A stretch of DNA of 64,000 nt from a virus (Duplodnaviria; Heunggongvirae; Uroviricota; Caudoviricetes): IMG/VR virus record IMGVR_UViG_3300007734_000754, positions 1-64,000 of that record. The stretch is one strand, 5' to 3'. How positions within the stretch are numbered: the stretch's first letter is position 1; every line of letters begins with the position of its first letter. This document shows, one piece after another, positions 19,489 to 28,760 of the stretch. Position numbers and translations under genes: made by a program. The notes beneath the pieces were generated by a model. That model worked only from the letters and a program-made list of their open reading frames with translations. It did no database searches and was not told the origin of the DNA.

Positions 19489-19896
19489 ATGGAGTTAGAG
19501 AAAATTAAATGTAGTAGATGTAGTTCCGAGATGCCTAAGTTAAGATTAGACAGTTACGGATATGACTTCTGTATCAATTGTTCTGATGTAAAACCTAAAG
19601 TAGGCCGTATTAGAGTAGTAGGGGAAGGAGATTATACTGCAACAGAACTTGACGTACTAGATCAAGACGTAGCAATCAAGCTTCAAGAGTTAGAAAATAT
19701 CTCTAGAGGAGTTAGAAATGTTCCATTAGAGATCTTAAACTTTGATGAAGACGAATTAGTAGACGATAGTAGAGCAATCTCAGAAGCAGCCGAAAAGATC
19801 TTAGAAGGAGAATTAGAAGTCATAGATGAAGAAGAAGACTTAGAAGATCTAGAGGACGTTGAAGATGTAGAGCTTGAAGACGAAGACGACGAATAG
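19489..19896 (+). CDS. zinc-ribbon protein with polyacidic C-terminal tail
   Basis: CSRC-x16-CINC four-Cys ribbon (DksA/TraR-like spacing) and C-terminal EEEDLEDLEDVEDVELEDEDDE. Confidence 0.5.
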   Translation: MELEKIKCSRCSSEMPKLRLDSYGYDFCINCSDVKPKVGRIRVVGEGDYTATELDVLDQDVAIKLQELENISRGVRNVPLEILNFDEDELVDDSRAISEAAEKILEGELEVIDEEEDLEDLEDVEDVELEDEDDE

Positions 19897-20556
19897 ATGC
19901 CAGCAGCTAAATTTATATCGAAAGATGATTGCTTAAGAGCAATGGCTAATACAAGGAGTAACCGAGGAGCAGCTCGGTTTCTTCGATGTAGCTTTGTGCA
20001 CTATAAGAAGTATGCTAGAACTTATGTAAACGATGAAGGAATAACTCTATGGGAGGTTCATAAGAATCCAGCCGGAATAGGCATTCCTAAATATCTTCCT
20101 AACAAAGGCAAGCAAGCACCTCTTAAGGAATTGATTGAAGGAAAGATATCAGTTGCTTCTTTTGAACCAGCCAAAATCAAACAGAGATTAATCTTTGAAG
20201 GTTACCTGAAAGAGGAATGTAGTCGATGTGGCTTTCATGAAGAGAGAGTAACAGATCATAAGATACCTTTAATACTTCAATTCAAGGATAAGAATAAAGT
20301 TAACTATGAGCTTTCTAATATTGAGCTTATGTGTTACAATTGTTCTTTCCTGTACTCGGTATCACCTATTACCGACAGACAAGTCATTGCAATGGAAGAC
20401 TCTGTTGATAAACAGGTAAGAGATTTTGATTGGGAGGTAGATGATGCAATGAAAGAGCATTTAGAATCATTAGGACTCTGGCAAGAAGACTACAATCCAG
20501 CAGATCCAAAAAATTATATCTCAGAAAATTATAAAGGTAATGAAAAAGACGACTAA
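19897..20556 (+). CDS. HNH endonuclease-like protein
   Basis: CSRCGFHEERVTDHKIPLIL...NYELSNIELMCYNC follows the HNH pattern C-x2-C...DH..P...N...C-x2-C. Confidence 0.45.
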   Translation: MPAAKFISKDDCLRAMANTRSNRGAARFLRCSFVHYKKYARTYVNDEGITLWEVHKNPAGIGIPKYLPNKGKQAPLKELIEGKISVASFEPAKIKQRLIFEGYLKEECSRCGFHEERVTDHKIPLILQFKDKNKVNYELSNIELMCYNCSFLYSVSPITDRQVIAMEDSVDKQVRDFDWEVDDAMKEHLESLGLWQEDYNPADPKNYISENYKGNEKDD

Positions 20557-20666
20557 ACCTTCTAGAGAAAGAATTTTAGCCAATAAGCTTGTAAAGCAAT
20601 CTGAAATGAATGAGAAGCTGAGAGAGAAAACAATTAGCAATTCTTTTTGGAAATTATTTAAGAAAT

Positions 20667-20710
20667 AGTTGCTAGAACGAATCTTTGTTCGTATATTTAG
20701 GTATTAACAA
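20667..20710 (+). promoter_or_regulatory. first copy of the repeated Bacteroidota-type promoter cassette
   Basis: agTTGctag, about 20-nt spacer, then cgTATATTTAGGTAT. ATG 22 nt downstream. Confidence 0.55.
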
Positions 20711-20726
20711 TTAAAACATCTAGATT

Positions 20727-20942
20727 ATGTTACTAAAAAATTTAAAAAAGGCTCTAAAAGGAAGTGGATTAGTTGTATTAGATTGGAGAAAAAATCATTA
20801 CACTATTACTAAAAAAGGTTTTCAAGGAGGAGGTAGTTGTCCTAGTTTAGCACAGGTAGACAAGGAAACAGGTATTGTAAGCTGTATTACAGATGCTGAA
20901 GGAAGATATGAAATTTTATATACTTTACAAAGTTTATTATAG
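20727..20942 (+). CDS. hypothetical small protein (cassette gene)
   Basis: Own promoter. Followed by the gttgcctcttcggaggcaa terminator. Confidence 0.45.
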   Translation: MLLKNLKKALKGSGLVVLDWRKNHYTITKKGFQGGGSCPSLAQVDKETGIVSCITDAEGRYEILYTLQSLL

Positions 20943-21007
20943 AAAAGTTGCCTCTTCGGAGGCAATTTCTTATATTTAGGCATAGTAATCAATTAAATTA
21001 ATCAGTT

Positions 21008-21277
21008 ATGTTTTTATTTATCATTCTTTATTTCGGAATAAATTTCTTGTCAGCAGTTGGATACGGAGGTATCTTTCGTATTAATTCAGATAGAAAGCTT
21101 TTTTGGTATTTCTGGCTTACAGCTTTAATTCCTATCGTATTATTTTTTACAGCTATAAATATAATGGCTGAGCTTATTACAACAGTATTTATTTATCAAG
21201 TAGTAGGAATACTTTTATACTTAGGTGAATGTTTTAAATATAAAAAAGAGCAAGAAACAGAGAGAGAAAGTTGGTAG
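21008..21277 (+). CDS. small membrane protein
   Basis: Three hydrophobic segments. Confidence 0.4.
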   Translation: MFLFIILYFGINFLSAVGYGGIFRINSDRKLFWYFWLTALIPIVLFFTAINIMAELITTVFIYQVVGILLYLGECFKYKKEQETERESW

Positions 21278-21304
21278 ATTGAATCTTTATTCTTATATTT
21301 AGGC

Positions 21305-21619
21305 ATGGAAAAAACAGGACATACAGCAAAAAAATCATATGACTTTAATACTTCAGGAGTATTAGAAGTATGTATCAAAGGTAATTGGTATAGAACTACA
21401 TCAAATGAATTCAGATCATTCGACGGTAGTAGGAGAATAACTGAGCCGGTTAAACAGCCAGGACTAGGAGAGAGCTTTGATGATGTAGAATTTAAAACTT
21501 ATGACTATAATGGTCCAGTTTATATTCTTCAAACAAATCTAGAGGTAACTAGAATGGATACAGAGACAATTGTAACTAATCCAAAAATGCCTACATATAA
21601 AAAAATCATTAGTAAATAG
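21305..21619 (+). CDS. hypothetical protein
   Basis: ATG abuts the -7 box. Start or promoter assignment is uncertain. Confidence 0.35.
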   Translation: MEKTGHTAKKSYDFNTSGVLEVCIKGNWYRTTSNEFRSFDGSRRITEPVKQPGLGESFDDVEFKTYDYNGPVYILQTNLEVTRMDTETIVTNPKMPTYKKIISK

Positions 21620-21628
21620 TAATCACAT

Positions 21629-21931
21629 ATGAAAAAACTACAAATAGAATCTATAGCGGAGTTAGAGACTATCTTTAAAGAGAAGTCGGTAGATATGACA
21701 ACTAATATAAAGAATAGTATTCAAGAAGCTTTTACTAAGAAAAAAAAGACAGCTATACTATTTGAAATAGAAGTTGATGGAATGGATACTTCCTTCGAGA
21801 TATCTATAACAGTTAAAGAATGGATAGTAGCTTTAGAGAATTGTTTAAAACATTTCGAAGAATGGGAGATGGGAGATGATGCTATTGATACTTATTTATT
21901 GATTAAGGAACTAAAAGAGAAAGCACTATGA
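21629..21931 (+). CDS. hypothetical protein
   Basis: ORF in an operon-like run. Confidence 0.4.
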   Translation: MKKLQIESIAELETIFKEKSVDMTTNIKNSIQEAFTKKKKTAILFEIEVDGMDTSFEISITVKEWIVALENCLKHFEEWEMGDDAIDTYLLIKELKEKAL

Positions 21932-22179
21932 ATAAAATGATATCAGTATTTACTTGTGAGCATACTGGAATTGTTACCACATATACCTATAGGGGGAGTA
22001 ATATATCAACAGGTATAGAAAAAGCTGAGTTTGAATATCCTAAAGGATATATAGAGCAGTTTAGTAAAGAACAAAAGAGATCTAGTAACTTACCTAAGAC
22101 AAAACAAATGTTCTTAAATCCTAAGACAGGTAAAGAAGTAAGTTACTATAGAGCTAAAACTTTAGGGTTAGTAAAATAA
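21928..22179 (+). CDS. hypothetical protein
   Basis: ATGA overlap with the upstream gene. Confidence 0.4.
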   Translation: MNKMISVFTCEHTGIVTTYTYRGSNISTGIEKAEFEYPKGYIEQFSKEQKRSSNLPKTKQMFLNPKTGKEVSYYRAKTLGLVK

Positions 22180-22262
22180 ATTAAAAAAAGTTTGTGAATT
22201 AGTTGCTAGTATGAATTATTATTCATATATTTAGGTAAGTTAATCAATTAAAACAATCAGTT

Positions 22263-23087
22263 ATGTTATCAAAATTCAACACAGGTTTAGATTCTTACCT
22301 TACAAAAGATCAAGTTAGAGCTTTAGCACCAGTAGCATTCGCTACAGAGCCAACTAGTAACAAAGTGAGTGACAAGTACTTACATGTTAACACAGAAACA
22401 ATCATCGACGACTTAGCACAGTTAGGATGGTTACCGGTAACAGCCTCTCAAAGAAAGGCTAGAAAGTCTGATAAGACTACAATCTTCTCCAAGCACATGG
22501 TATCATTTCAAAATCCAGATCTTATGATTAAAGGTAAGAATGGTGATGATGCTTTCCCAAGAATCATTCTAACGAACTCTCATGATGGATTTAATTCATT
22601 CCAGTTCAGAGTTGGTATCTACAGATTAGTCTGTTCAAATGGACTTGTAGTAGCTGACGAAGAATTCTCAGCATTTAGAATCCGTCACAAAGGATATACC
22701 TTTGAAGAATTAAGAGGTGTAGTATCTCAAGCAGTAGCTGATCTTCCAAATAAGGTACAGATCTTAAATCAAATGCAGTTAAGAGAATTAACTCCTGTAG
22801 AGCAAAGACAATTAGCTATCGATGCTATGCAATTGAGAACAAATAGAATCGATGCTGAATGGGATGAAGAAACAATCCAAGACGTTTTAACTCCTACAAG
22901 AGATGCTGATAAAGGAAATGACCTTTGGAAAGTATTTAATGTAATCCAAGAGAAGATTACCCAAGGAGGATACTCAGCAGCATTGAATGGTGCTAAAGTA
23001 AGAAAGGTTAGAAAGATTAAATCATTCGAGAAAGATCTAGAAGTTAATCAAAAGCTATTCAAGTTAGCAACAGCATTAATCAACTAA
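22263..23087 (+). CDS. DUF932-like phage/plasmid protein
   Basis: ILTNSHDGFNSFQFRVGIYRLVCSNG resembles the conserved core of the DUF932/TIGR03299 family. Confidence 0.35.
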   Translation: MLSKFNTGLDSYLTKDQVRALAPVAFATEPTSNKVSDKYLHVNTETIIDDLAQLGWLPVTASQRKARKSDKTTIFSKHMVSFQNPDLMIKGKNGDDAFPRIILTNSHDGFNSFQFRVGIYRLVCSNGLVVADEEFSAFRIRHKGYTFEELRGVVSQAVADLPNKVQILNQMQLRELTPVEQRQLAIDAMQLRTNRIDAEWDEETIQDVLTPTRDADKGNDLWKVFNVIQEKITQGGYSAALNGAKVRKVRKIKSFEKDLEVNQKLFKLATALIN

Positions 23088-23326
23088 TGGATAGAGCTAA
23101 ATACATAGAGATGAGAAAACTAGGCCAGTATGATCTGGCCTGGTTCTACCAATACTACCTGGAGCATAAGGATACCAATAGAGATACTTATCCCTTTGAA
23201 GTCTTTCAACAAGCATTCAATATGTACTTTCAATTTGCTGGAAAGTTTATTATAGAGTACCTAGACAAGAAAATGGAAGTAACAAAAATAGAAAATGAAC
23301 AAGGAAACTTATTATACATAAATTAA
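23087..23326 (+). CDS. hypothetical protein
   Basis: ATGG overlap. Confidence 0.4.
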   Translation: MDRAKYIEMRKLGQYDLAWFYQYYLEHKDTNRDTYPFEVFQQAFNMYFQFAGKFIIEYLDKKMEVTKIENEQGNLLYIN

Positions 23327-23328
23327 AC

Positions 23329-23568
23329 ATGGACGGAAAAGTAAAAACACCAAAGGAATTGATGGCAGACTTGAATGGAAATTATATTCAAGTAATTAAA
23401 AAAAATGGAAAGACTCATGACAGGTTATTTAAAGATCCTCAGAGAGCAATCAGAGCAGTTGGAGGAGTAGATAATGTAAAATACCTAAGAGAGGTATTAA
23501 AAGAACAAGTCAATTCGAAGTACACAGAAGTAGATTCATTAACAGGAACACCAGAAAACGAATTATAG
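23329..23568 (+). CDS. hypothetical protein
   Basis: ORF only. Confidence 0.4.
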   Translation: MDGKVKTPKELMADLNGNYIQVIKKNGKTHDRLFKDPQRAIRAVGGVDNVKYLREVLKEQVNSKYTEVDSLTGTPENEL

Positions 23569-23570
23569 TT

Positions 23571-23768
23571 ATGGAAAGATTAGGAGCAGTATTATCAGCA
23601 ATAGTATTACTTGCAATAGCAGCAATTATACTAGCATGGCCAACACAATTACTTTGGAACAATGCTTTAGTAGGAGCAGTGAATGGAATCAATCCAATAG
23701 GATTTTGGCAAGCATTAGGAATTAATCTTTTGTTTGGAATATTATTTAAGAATTCAAATAGCAAGTAA
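23571..23768 (+). CDS. small membrane protein
   Basis: Two TM helices. Confidence 0.4.
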   Translation: MERLGAVLSAIVLLAIAAIILAWPTQLLWNNALVGAVNGINPIGFWQALGINLLFGILFKNSNSK

Positions 23769-23769
23769 G

Positions 23770-23994
23770 ATGAAAGTAGTAATTAAAATTTTAGCAATAT
23801 TCTTGTTAGTAGCAGGATTAGCACAGCTAATAGATTTATCATTCTATTTGATGAATCAATCAGACACATATGTATTCTATTTAGGAATTGTATCATTAGC
23901 AGCAACATTTGTTGCATTTGGATTCTTAGGATTATATGCAACTAAGTTAATAACACCGGAAGACATTAAATCAACTAAAAAAGAAGAATTATGA
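23770..23994 (+). CDS. small membrane protein (internal ATG chosen)
   Basis: Two TM helices. Track ORF 23734..23994 overlaps the previous ORF. Confidence 0.4.
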   Translation: MKVVIKILAIFLLVAGLAQLIDLSFYLMNQSDTYVFYLGIVSLAATFVAFGFLGLYATKLITPEDIKSTKKEEL

Positions 23995-24362
23995 TATTTT
24001 TAATAGTTTTAGTAGCATTTGCAGCATTTGCTTGGGTAATAGCTGAATTATTTTTATTCTGTGAAGAAGGAACACCTCCTAAAGATTCAGATGTATTGGA
24101 AATGCTTGAGAAGTATAGTAATCAGTATAATAGCATTAGAGAGAATTATAGTAATAGCTATTACATTCAAGCTAGATCAAATTACCAGGTTAAAGAGATT
24201 CATAAAACCAAGTATAGTTTATTATTTCCTTATTACATTAGCGGTGTAGGAGTTATTCCAGTATGGTATAAATCAGCATCTCAAATAGAAACTTTATTTA
24301 AGGAATTGATAAAAGGTTCTGAGTTTGAAAATAAAAAGAGAAAAAAATTAGGATTAGATTAA
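23991..24362 (+). CDS. membrane-anchored hypothetical protein
   Basis: N-terminal TM. ATGA overlap. Confidence 0.4.
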   Translation: MIFLIVLVAFAAFAWVIAELFLFCEEGTPPKDSDVLEMLEKYSNQYNSIRENYSNSYYIQARSNYQVKEIHKTKYSLLFPYYISGVGVIPVWYKSASQIETLFKELIKGSEFENKKRKKLGLD

Positions 24363-24410
24363 AAAAGTTCGTATATTAATAAAAACAAAAATAAATTTAA
24401 AAATCAAGTT

Positions 24411-25250
24411 ATGAAGAAAATTTTAGTTATCGTAGCAGTAGTAGTAGGTATTTTCGCAATGTTTAGTTCATGCGATGTAATCAATGCCGGACACGTAGGA
24501 GTAAAAGTTGATATGTATGGCTCAGGTAAAGGAGTACAGAACGTAACAGCATGTACAGGATGGGTATTTTATAACCCTATCACAACAAAGGTTTATGAGT
24601 TTCCAACTTATATCCAGCATAAGGAGTATAAGAAGACAGAAGATGGAGATAATTCATTCACTGTAAATACTAAGGATGGTTCTGAGTTTAGAGTATCGCC
24701 AATACTAAATTACTCTGTTAATCCAGACAAAGCACCTTCAATCTTTGCAAAATATAGAAGAACGTTACCAGAGTTAGAGGAAGGATTCTTAAAGACAGCA
24801 ATATATGATGCATTCAGATTAGCAACAAATAAGTATACAGCAGAGGAATTAATATCTAATAGAGCAGTATTTGAAGTAGAAGTAAGACGATTGTTATCAA
24901 ATCAAATTACTAAAGAAGGATTTCTCGTTAATCAATTTACATCTAATCTAGAATACCCAGCTTCATTTAAGAATGCCATTAACGCTAAGAATAATGCAGT
25001 ACAAGCCGCGTTAACAGCCGAGAATCAGGTACAAACGGCAACAGCACAAGCTAAGATTAAAGTAGCAACTGCCCAAGGTAATGCCGAAGCATTATTGACA
25101 AATGCAAGAGCTGAGGCTGAGTCAAATAAATTAAGACAGTCTACATTAACAGCAATGCTATTGCAACAACAATGGATTGAGAAGTGGGATGGTGCTTTAC
25201 CAAAGACACAATTGGCATCAGGATCTAATACGATGTACGGCTTAAAGTAA
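24411..25250 (+). CDS. SPFH/band-7 (prohibitin-like) lipoprotein
   Basis: Lipoprotein signal MKKILVIVAVVVGIFAMFSSC followed by SPFH-like sequence (GHVGVKV...). C-terminal Ala/Gln-rich coiled coil. Confidence 0.55.
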   Translation: MKKILVIVAVVVGIFAMFSSCDVINAGHVGVKVDMYGSGKGVQNVTACTGWVFYNPITTKVYEFPTYIQHKEYKKTEDGDNSFTVNTKDGSEFRVSPILNYSVNPDKAPSIFAKYRRTLPELEEGFLKTAIYDAFRLATNKYTAEELISNRAVFEVEVRRLLSNQITKEGFLVNQFTSNLEYPASFKNAINAKNNAVQAALTAENQVQTATAQAKIKVATAQGNAEALLTNARAEAESNKLRQSTLTAMLLQQQWIEKWDGALPKTQLASGSNTMYGLK

Positions 25251-25337
25251 AAATAAATTGAAAATAATTGTAAAAAGGCTTGCTTTGGTAGGCCTTTTTT
25301 CATATATTTAGGTATAGAAATTAAAAAGAGAAAGATT

Positions 25338-26072
25338 ATGCCAAAAATATTTAAAGTAGGAGGATGTGTTAGAGATGGACTTCTAGGAGTAAAGACAAAA
25401 GATATCGACTTCACATTTGTATTAGAGGACCTAAACAAAACAGTTGAAGAAGGATTCAAAGAGATGGAACAATGGATGATAGATCAAGGATTTATAATCT
25501 TTCAATCAGTTCCAGAGATGTTTACAATCAGAGCTAAATTTCCAAGTGATCATAAATTTGCTAAATTGGATGCTGACTTTGTAATGGCTAGAAAAGAAGT
25601 CGGATACGTAGAAGGAACAAGACGTCCAATACTAGAATTAGGAACATTGGAAGATGATTTAGTTCGTAGAGACTTCACAGTCAATGCAATGGCTGAAGAT
25701 GAGGATGGAAATCTAATTGATTTATTTGATGGTATGTGGGCTTTAGAAAATAAGATGCTTCTCACACCTCTTGATCCAGCACAGACATTCTTAGATGATC
25801 CTTTAAGAATGCTAAGAGCACTTAGATTTTCAATCACTAAAGGATTTATAATAGCTCCTAAGGTTTGGGCAGCGATGTTTATTCCAACTCTAATTAATAA
25901 ATTGGAGGAGGTAGTAAGCGGAGAGAGAATAAGAGAGGAAGTTATAAAGATGATGAAAGCAGATACTGTAGCAACTCTACGACTATTGGCTGAAATTGAT
26001 AAAATAGAGCCTAGATTTGTAGAGGCTATATTTGGAAAAGAGATGTGGTTAAAACCAACATTCGAAAACTAG
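25338..26072 (+). CDS. CCA-adding/poly(A) polymerase-family nucleotidyltransferase, head-neck only
   Basis: KVGGCVRDGLLGVKTKDIDF matches the GGxVRDxLLG...DxD head motif. RDFTVNAMA...LID and DPLRMLRALRF match the neck motifs. At 244 aa it lacks the tRNA-binding body/tail. Confidence 0.65.
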   Translation: MPKIFKVGGCVRDGLLGVKTKDIDFTFVLEDLNKTVEEGFKEMEQWMIDQGFIIFQSVPEMFTIRAKFPSDHKFAKLDADFVMARKEVGYVEGTRRPILELGTLEDDLVRRDFTVNAMAEDEDGNLIDLFDGMWALENKMLLTPLDPAQTFLDDPLRMLRALRFSITKGFIIAPKVWAAMFIPTLINKLEEVVSGERIREEVIKMMKADTVATLRLLAEIDKIEPRFVEAIFGKEMWLKPTFEN

Positions 26073-26139
26073 GTAGTAATACAGTTGCTCTAAAACTCAG
26101 TACTATTTATAATAAATAATAGAACCACAAAATACATAA

Positions 26140-27417
26140 ATGGAGAATACATTTGATTTAAGAAAATTTTTAGTTGAAAATAAATTAACATATAATTCTA
26201 GACTTGTAGAAGGACAACAACTTACTCCTGAAGAGCAAAAAGCAGTAGATTATGTATTAGGTTTAGATGAAGGAGTAGTAGGTGATATAGTAAGTAGAGC
26301 TAAAGAAATAGCTAGAAAAGGATTACTAAAAGGAGCAGTACTTGCTACCTTACTAGCAACTCCAAATATAGCTCAAGCTCAAAAAACACAAATTCAGCAA
26401 ATAGCTTCTACAACAACAACAACAGCACCTACTCAAAAAGCAACTCCAGCAGCTGCTACATATGCTGCATCACCTAAGACAGTAGTGCCGGGAACAATTA
26501 AAACAGTTAACTTTACTCAAACTTTTGCAAGTGGAGAAGTATATTTAACAAACAAAGATGCATTAGCAAAAGAAATGGGTGAGTTACAAGCCTTTCTAAA
26601 AGGAAAAGATGCTTCTAAATTCAGAGTTGTAATTGTAGCAGGTGAATCTCAAGTAACTAATCCAAAAGGGTACGAAACTAAAGGTTCATTAGCACAAGCA
26701 AGAGCCAAAGCAGTTGAAAATGAAATAAAAGGTTTAAAGTTTAGTAATATCGATATTAAGACTGAAATAGGAACCACTGCTTATAAACCAGGTAATAATA
26801 TAGACGATCCTAAATATCAAGCAGAACAATTTGTTACTATAAACATTATAGCAAATAATGATATTTGTAGTATGCCAGATGTTGATAGAAATGAAGGGCA
26901 GGGAGTAGCTACAAATAACTATGTAACCTACGATGATTACATCAGTGGTGTAGGAGAATTAGTATTAGATACTGGTACAATACCTGATAGAATGGTTGTA
27001 TTGGACGCAAATGGTAATATAAAACAGGATACAGGTTACATAACTACCAAAACAAGTAAATATAAAGATTGGAAATACACACCAGCACATGTTTTAGCAT
27101 TGACAAACGCTTACATAGCCGGAAATGTATCGATGAAAGGTATTGATCCAAAAACTGTAATAACTGTAACTGATTACGATGATTTAGTAAAACAGATATC
27201 AAATACCGCTAAACCGGGAGTTATAGGAGATGAAATAGGGCCGGCATTAAATCAAATGAAAAAAATGATTTTGAATGGGCAGAAAGAATTTGTTATCTAC
27301 AATTTAGGAACTTCCGTAGCTAAATTGAAATTTGATCAAAATAAAGGAGAAGTTCAAGCTAAAGTATATTCACCTGTAGGTAAGACAGGTTACAATATAA
27401 AAGGTAGTTGTAAGTAA
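26140..27417 (+). CDS. secreted/anchored protein with N-terminal FDLRKFLVENKLTYNSRL domain, hydrophobic segment and Thr/Ala-rich linker
   Basis: Internal signal-like segment LLKGAVLATLLATPNIAQA, then TTTTTAPTQKATPAAAT low-complexity linker. N-terminal motif shared with ORF 974..1213. Confidence 0.45.
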   Translation: MENTFDLRKFLVENKLTYNSRLVEGQQLTPEEQKAVDYVLGLDEGVVGDIVSRAKEIARKGLLKGAVLATLLATPNIAQAQKTQIQQIASTTTTTAPTQKATPAAATYAASPKTVVPGTIKTVNFTQTFASGEVYLTNKDALAKEMGELQAFLKGKDASKFRVVIVAGESQVTNPKGYETKGSLAQARAKAVENEIKGLKFSNIDIKTEIGTTAYKPGNNIDDPKYQAEQFVTINIIANNDICSMPDVDRNEGQGVATNNYVTYDDYISGVGELVLDTGTIPDRMVVLDANGNIKQDTGYITTKTSKYKDWKYTPAHVLALTNAYIAGNVSMKGIDPKTVITVTDYDDLVKQISNTAKPGVIGDEIGPALNQMKKMILNGQKEFVIYNLGTSVAKLKFDQNKGEVQAKVYSPVGKTGYNIKGSCK

Positions 27418-27503
27418 AAATAATTTAAAAATAATTAAGAAAAGAGTTGCTAGTTCAACTCTTTTTTATTATCTTTAAGTATTATTAAAAACAAATAAGA
27501 GTT

Positions 27504-27935
27504 ATGAAAAAATTATTAGTACTGCTGTTATTAAGCACAGCAATGTTCTCACAAACAACTACGGTAAAAGGAATTACTTTATCTTATGATAAAGTCAGTC
27601 AAACAATGACATTAAGTATTCCACAAAACTCTATGAAGGTTCATAGTAAAGATGAACAGGTAAGAGTTGTAATCAATAAAGAGTATAGTTTAAAGAAGTA
27701 CATAGGAGGTCTTCCAGTACTAACATCAGCCAATTACTTTACACACGAAGGATACTTCTACTCTAATATGTCTTACTTTCAAACTAGTCGACCTAGTAAC
27801 AGTATAGTAGTAAAGAATAATCTAATCTTTAAGTTTACAGATGTAGAAAAAGGAGAATATGTTTTAGAGGTAAGTGATTTATGTGATTGGAAATGGGAGA
27901 GTAACGTAAATAGTAATTCATTAATAGTAAAATAG
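27504..27935 (+). CDS. secreted protein (cleavable signal peptide)
   Basis: MKKLLVLLLLSTAMFSQT signal peptide. Own promoter and terminator. Confidence 0.45.
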   Translation: MKKLLVLLLLSTAMFSQTTTVKGITLSYDKVSQTMTLSIPQNSMKVHSKDEQVRVVINKEYSLKKYIGGLPVLTSANYFTHEGYFYSNMSYFQTSRPSNSIVVKNNLIFKFTDVEKGEYVLEVSDLCDWKWESNVNSNSLIVK

Positions 27936-28005
27936 TCAACAAAAGAGTTGCTAGTGCAGCTCTTTTTTCGTATCTTTAAGTATTAGAAACAAACAAATAA
28001 AGGTT

Positions 28006-28173
28006 ATGGGAACAATTCTAAAAACATGGGTAGGTAATGAAGTTACGATGGAGCTTTATGCTACAAAGAAAGCAGCAGAGGCTGCAGGAAAGAAATTCAT
28101 AAGAGTACTGAGAGCTAGCAACAAGGAATGGGGTAGTGCAGGATGGGAAACAAAAAACACAAAAGATATATAG
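28006..28173 (+). CDS. small protein (55 aa, absent from the ORF track)
   Basis: Directly downstream of a canonical cassette promoter (variant TATCTTTAAGTAT). Confidence 0.35.
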   Translation: MGTILKTWVGNEVTMELYATKKAAEAAGKKFIRVLRASNKEWGSAGWETKNTKDI

Positions 28174-28174
28174 T

Positions 28175-28291
28175 ATGATACACGCAATAGTAGGATCAAT
28201 AGCATTAGGATGTGTCCTTGGAGGATTTATAATAGGCTTTGGATTGATCATTGAAAGTATAAAAAAGACTAATAAAAAGGGAGGGCGTTAA
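28175..28291 (+). CDS. 38-aa hydrophobic peptide (absent from track)
   Basis: MIHAIVGSIALGCVLGGFIIGFGLIIESIKK... single TM. Start lies 1 nt after the previous stop. Confidence 0.3.
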   Translation: MIHAIVGSIALGCVLGGFIIGFGLIIESIKKTNKKGGR

Positions 28292-28356
28292 TCTAATATT
28301 GTCACGCGCAAATTCTCCCAACCCCGGAGAGGTTGTTGGAGGTAAAATCTAGAAAA

Positions 28357-28557
28357 ATGGAGATGAAAAAGTTTTTAGAAATTTATTTAGGATTCTTTAC
28401 AGCACTACCATTGGCCTTTTGTATATTAGTATACTTAATAGGATGTTTTATATCATGGAGTATTCTCGAAGTAAACATACAATGGCCAATTGTTAGAGTG
28501 TATATGGTGATAGCTTTTATAGTATCAATATTTTTAGCAGCAGACGATCAGTTATGA
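28357..28557 (+). CDS. small membrane protein (ATG start chosen over TTG at 28333)
   Basis: Two TM helices. Confidence 0.35.
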   Translation: MEMKKFLEIYLGFFTALPLAFCILVYLIGCFISWSILEVNIQWPIVRVYMVIAFIVSIFLAADDQL

Positions 28558-28760
28558 AAAAGTTAATAGGAAGATTGTATTGGGAATTATCCAATCGAAT
28601 AGGGTATATAATCACTGTTAGAGACTATTATGATCCACAAACATTCACATTAAAGAAAAAGAATAGCCATTTAATATTATATAAGATCGTAAGTGAAACA
28701 GATAATGCAGGATGGAGAAAGCTAGAGGAAGTATACAGAATTCAAATCAAAAAGATATGA
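28554..28760 (+). CDS. hypothetical protein
   Basis: ATGA overlap. Confidence 0.4.
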   Translation: MKKLIGRLYWELSNRIGYIITVRDYYDPQTFTLKKKNSHLILYKIVSETDNAGWRKLEEVYRIQIKKI

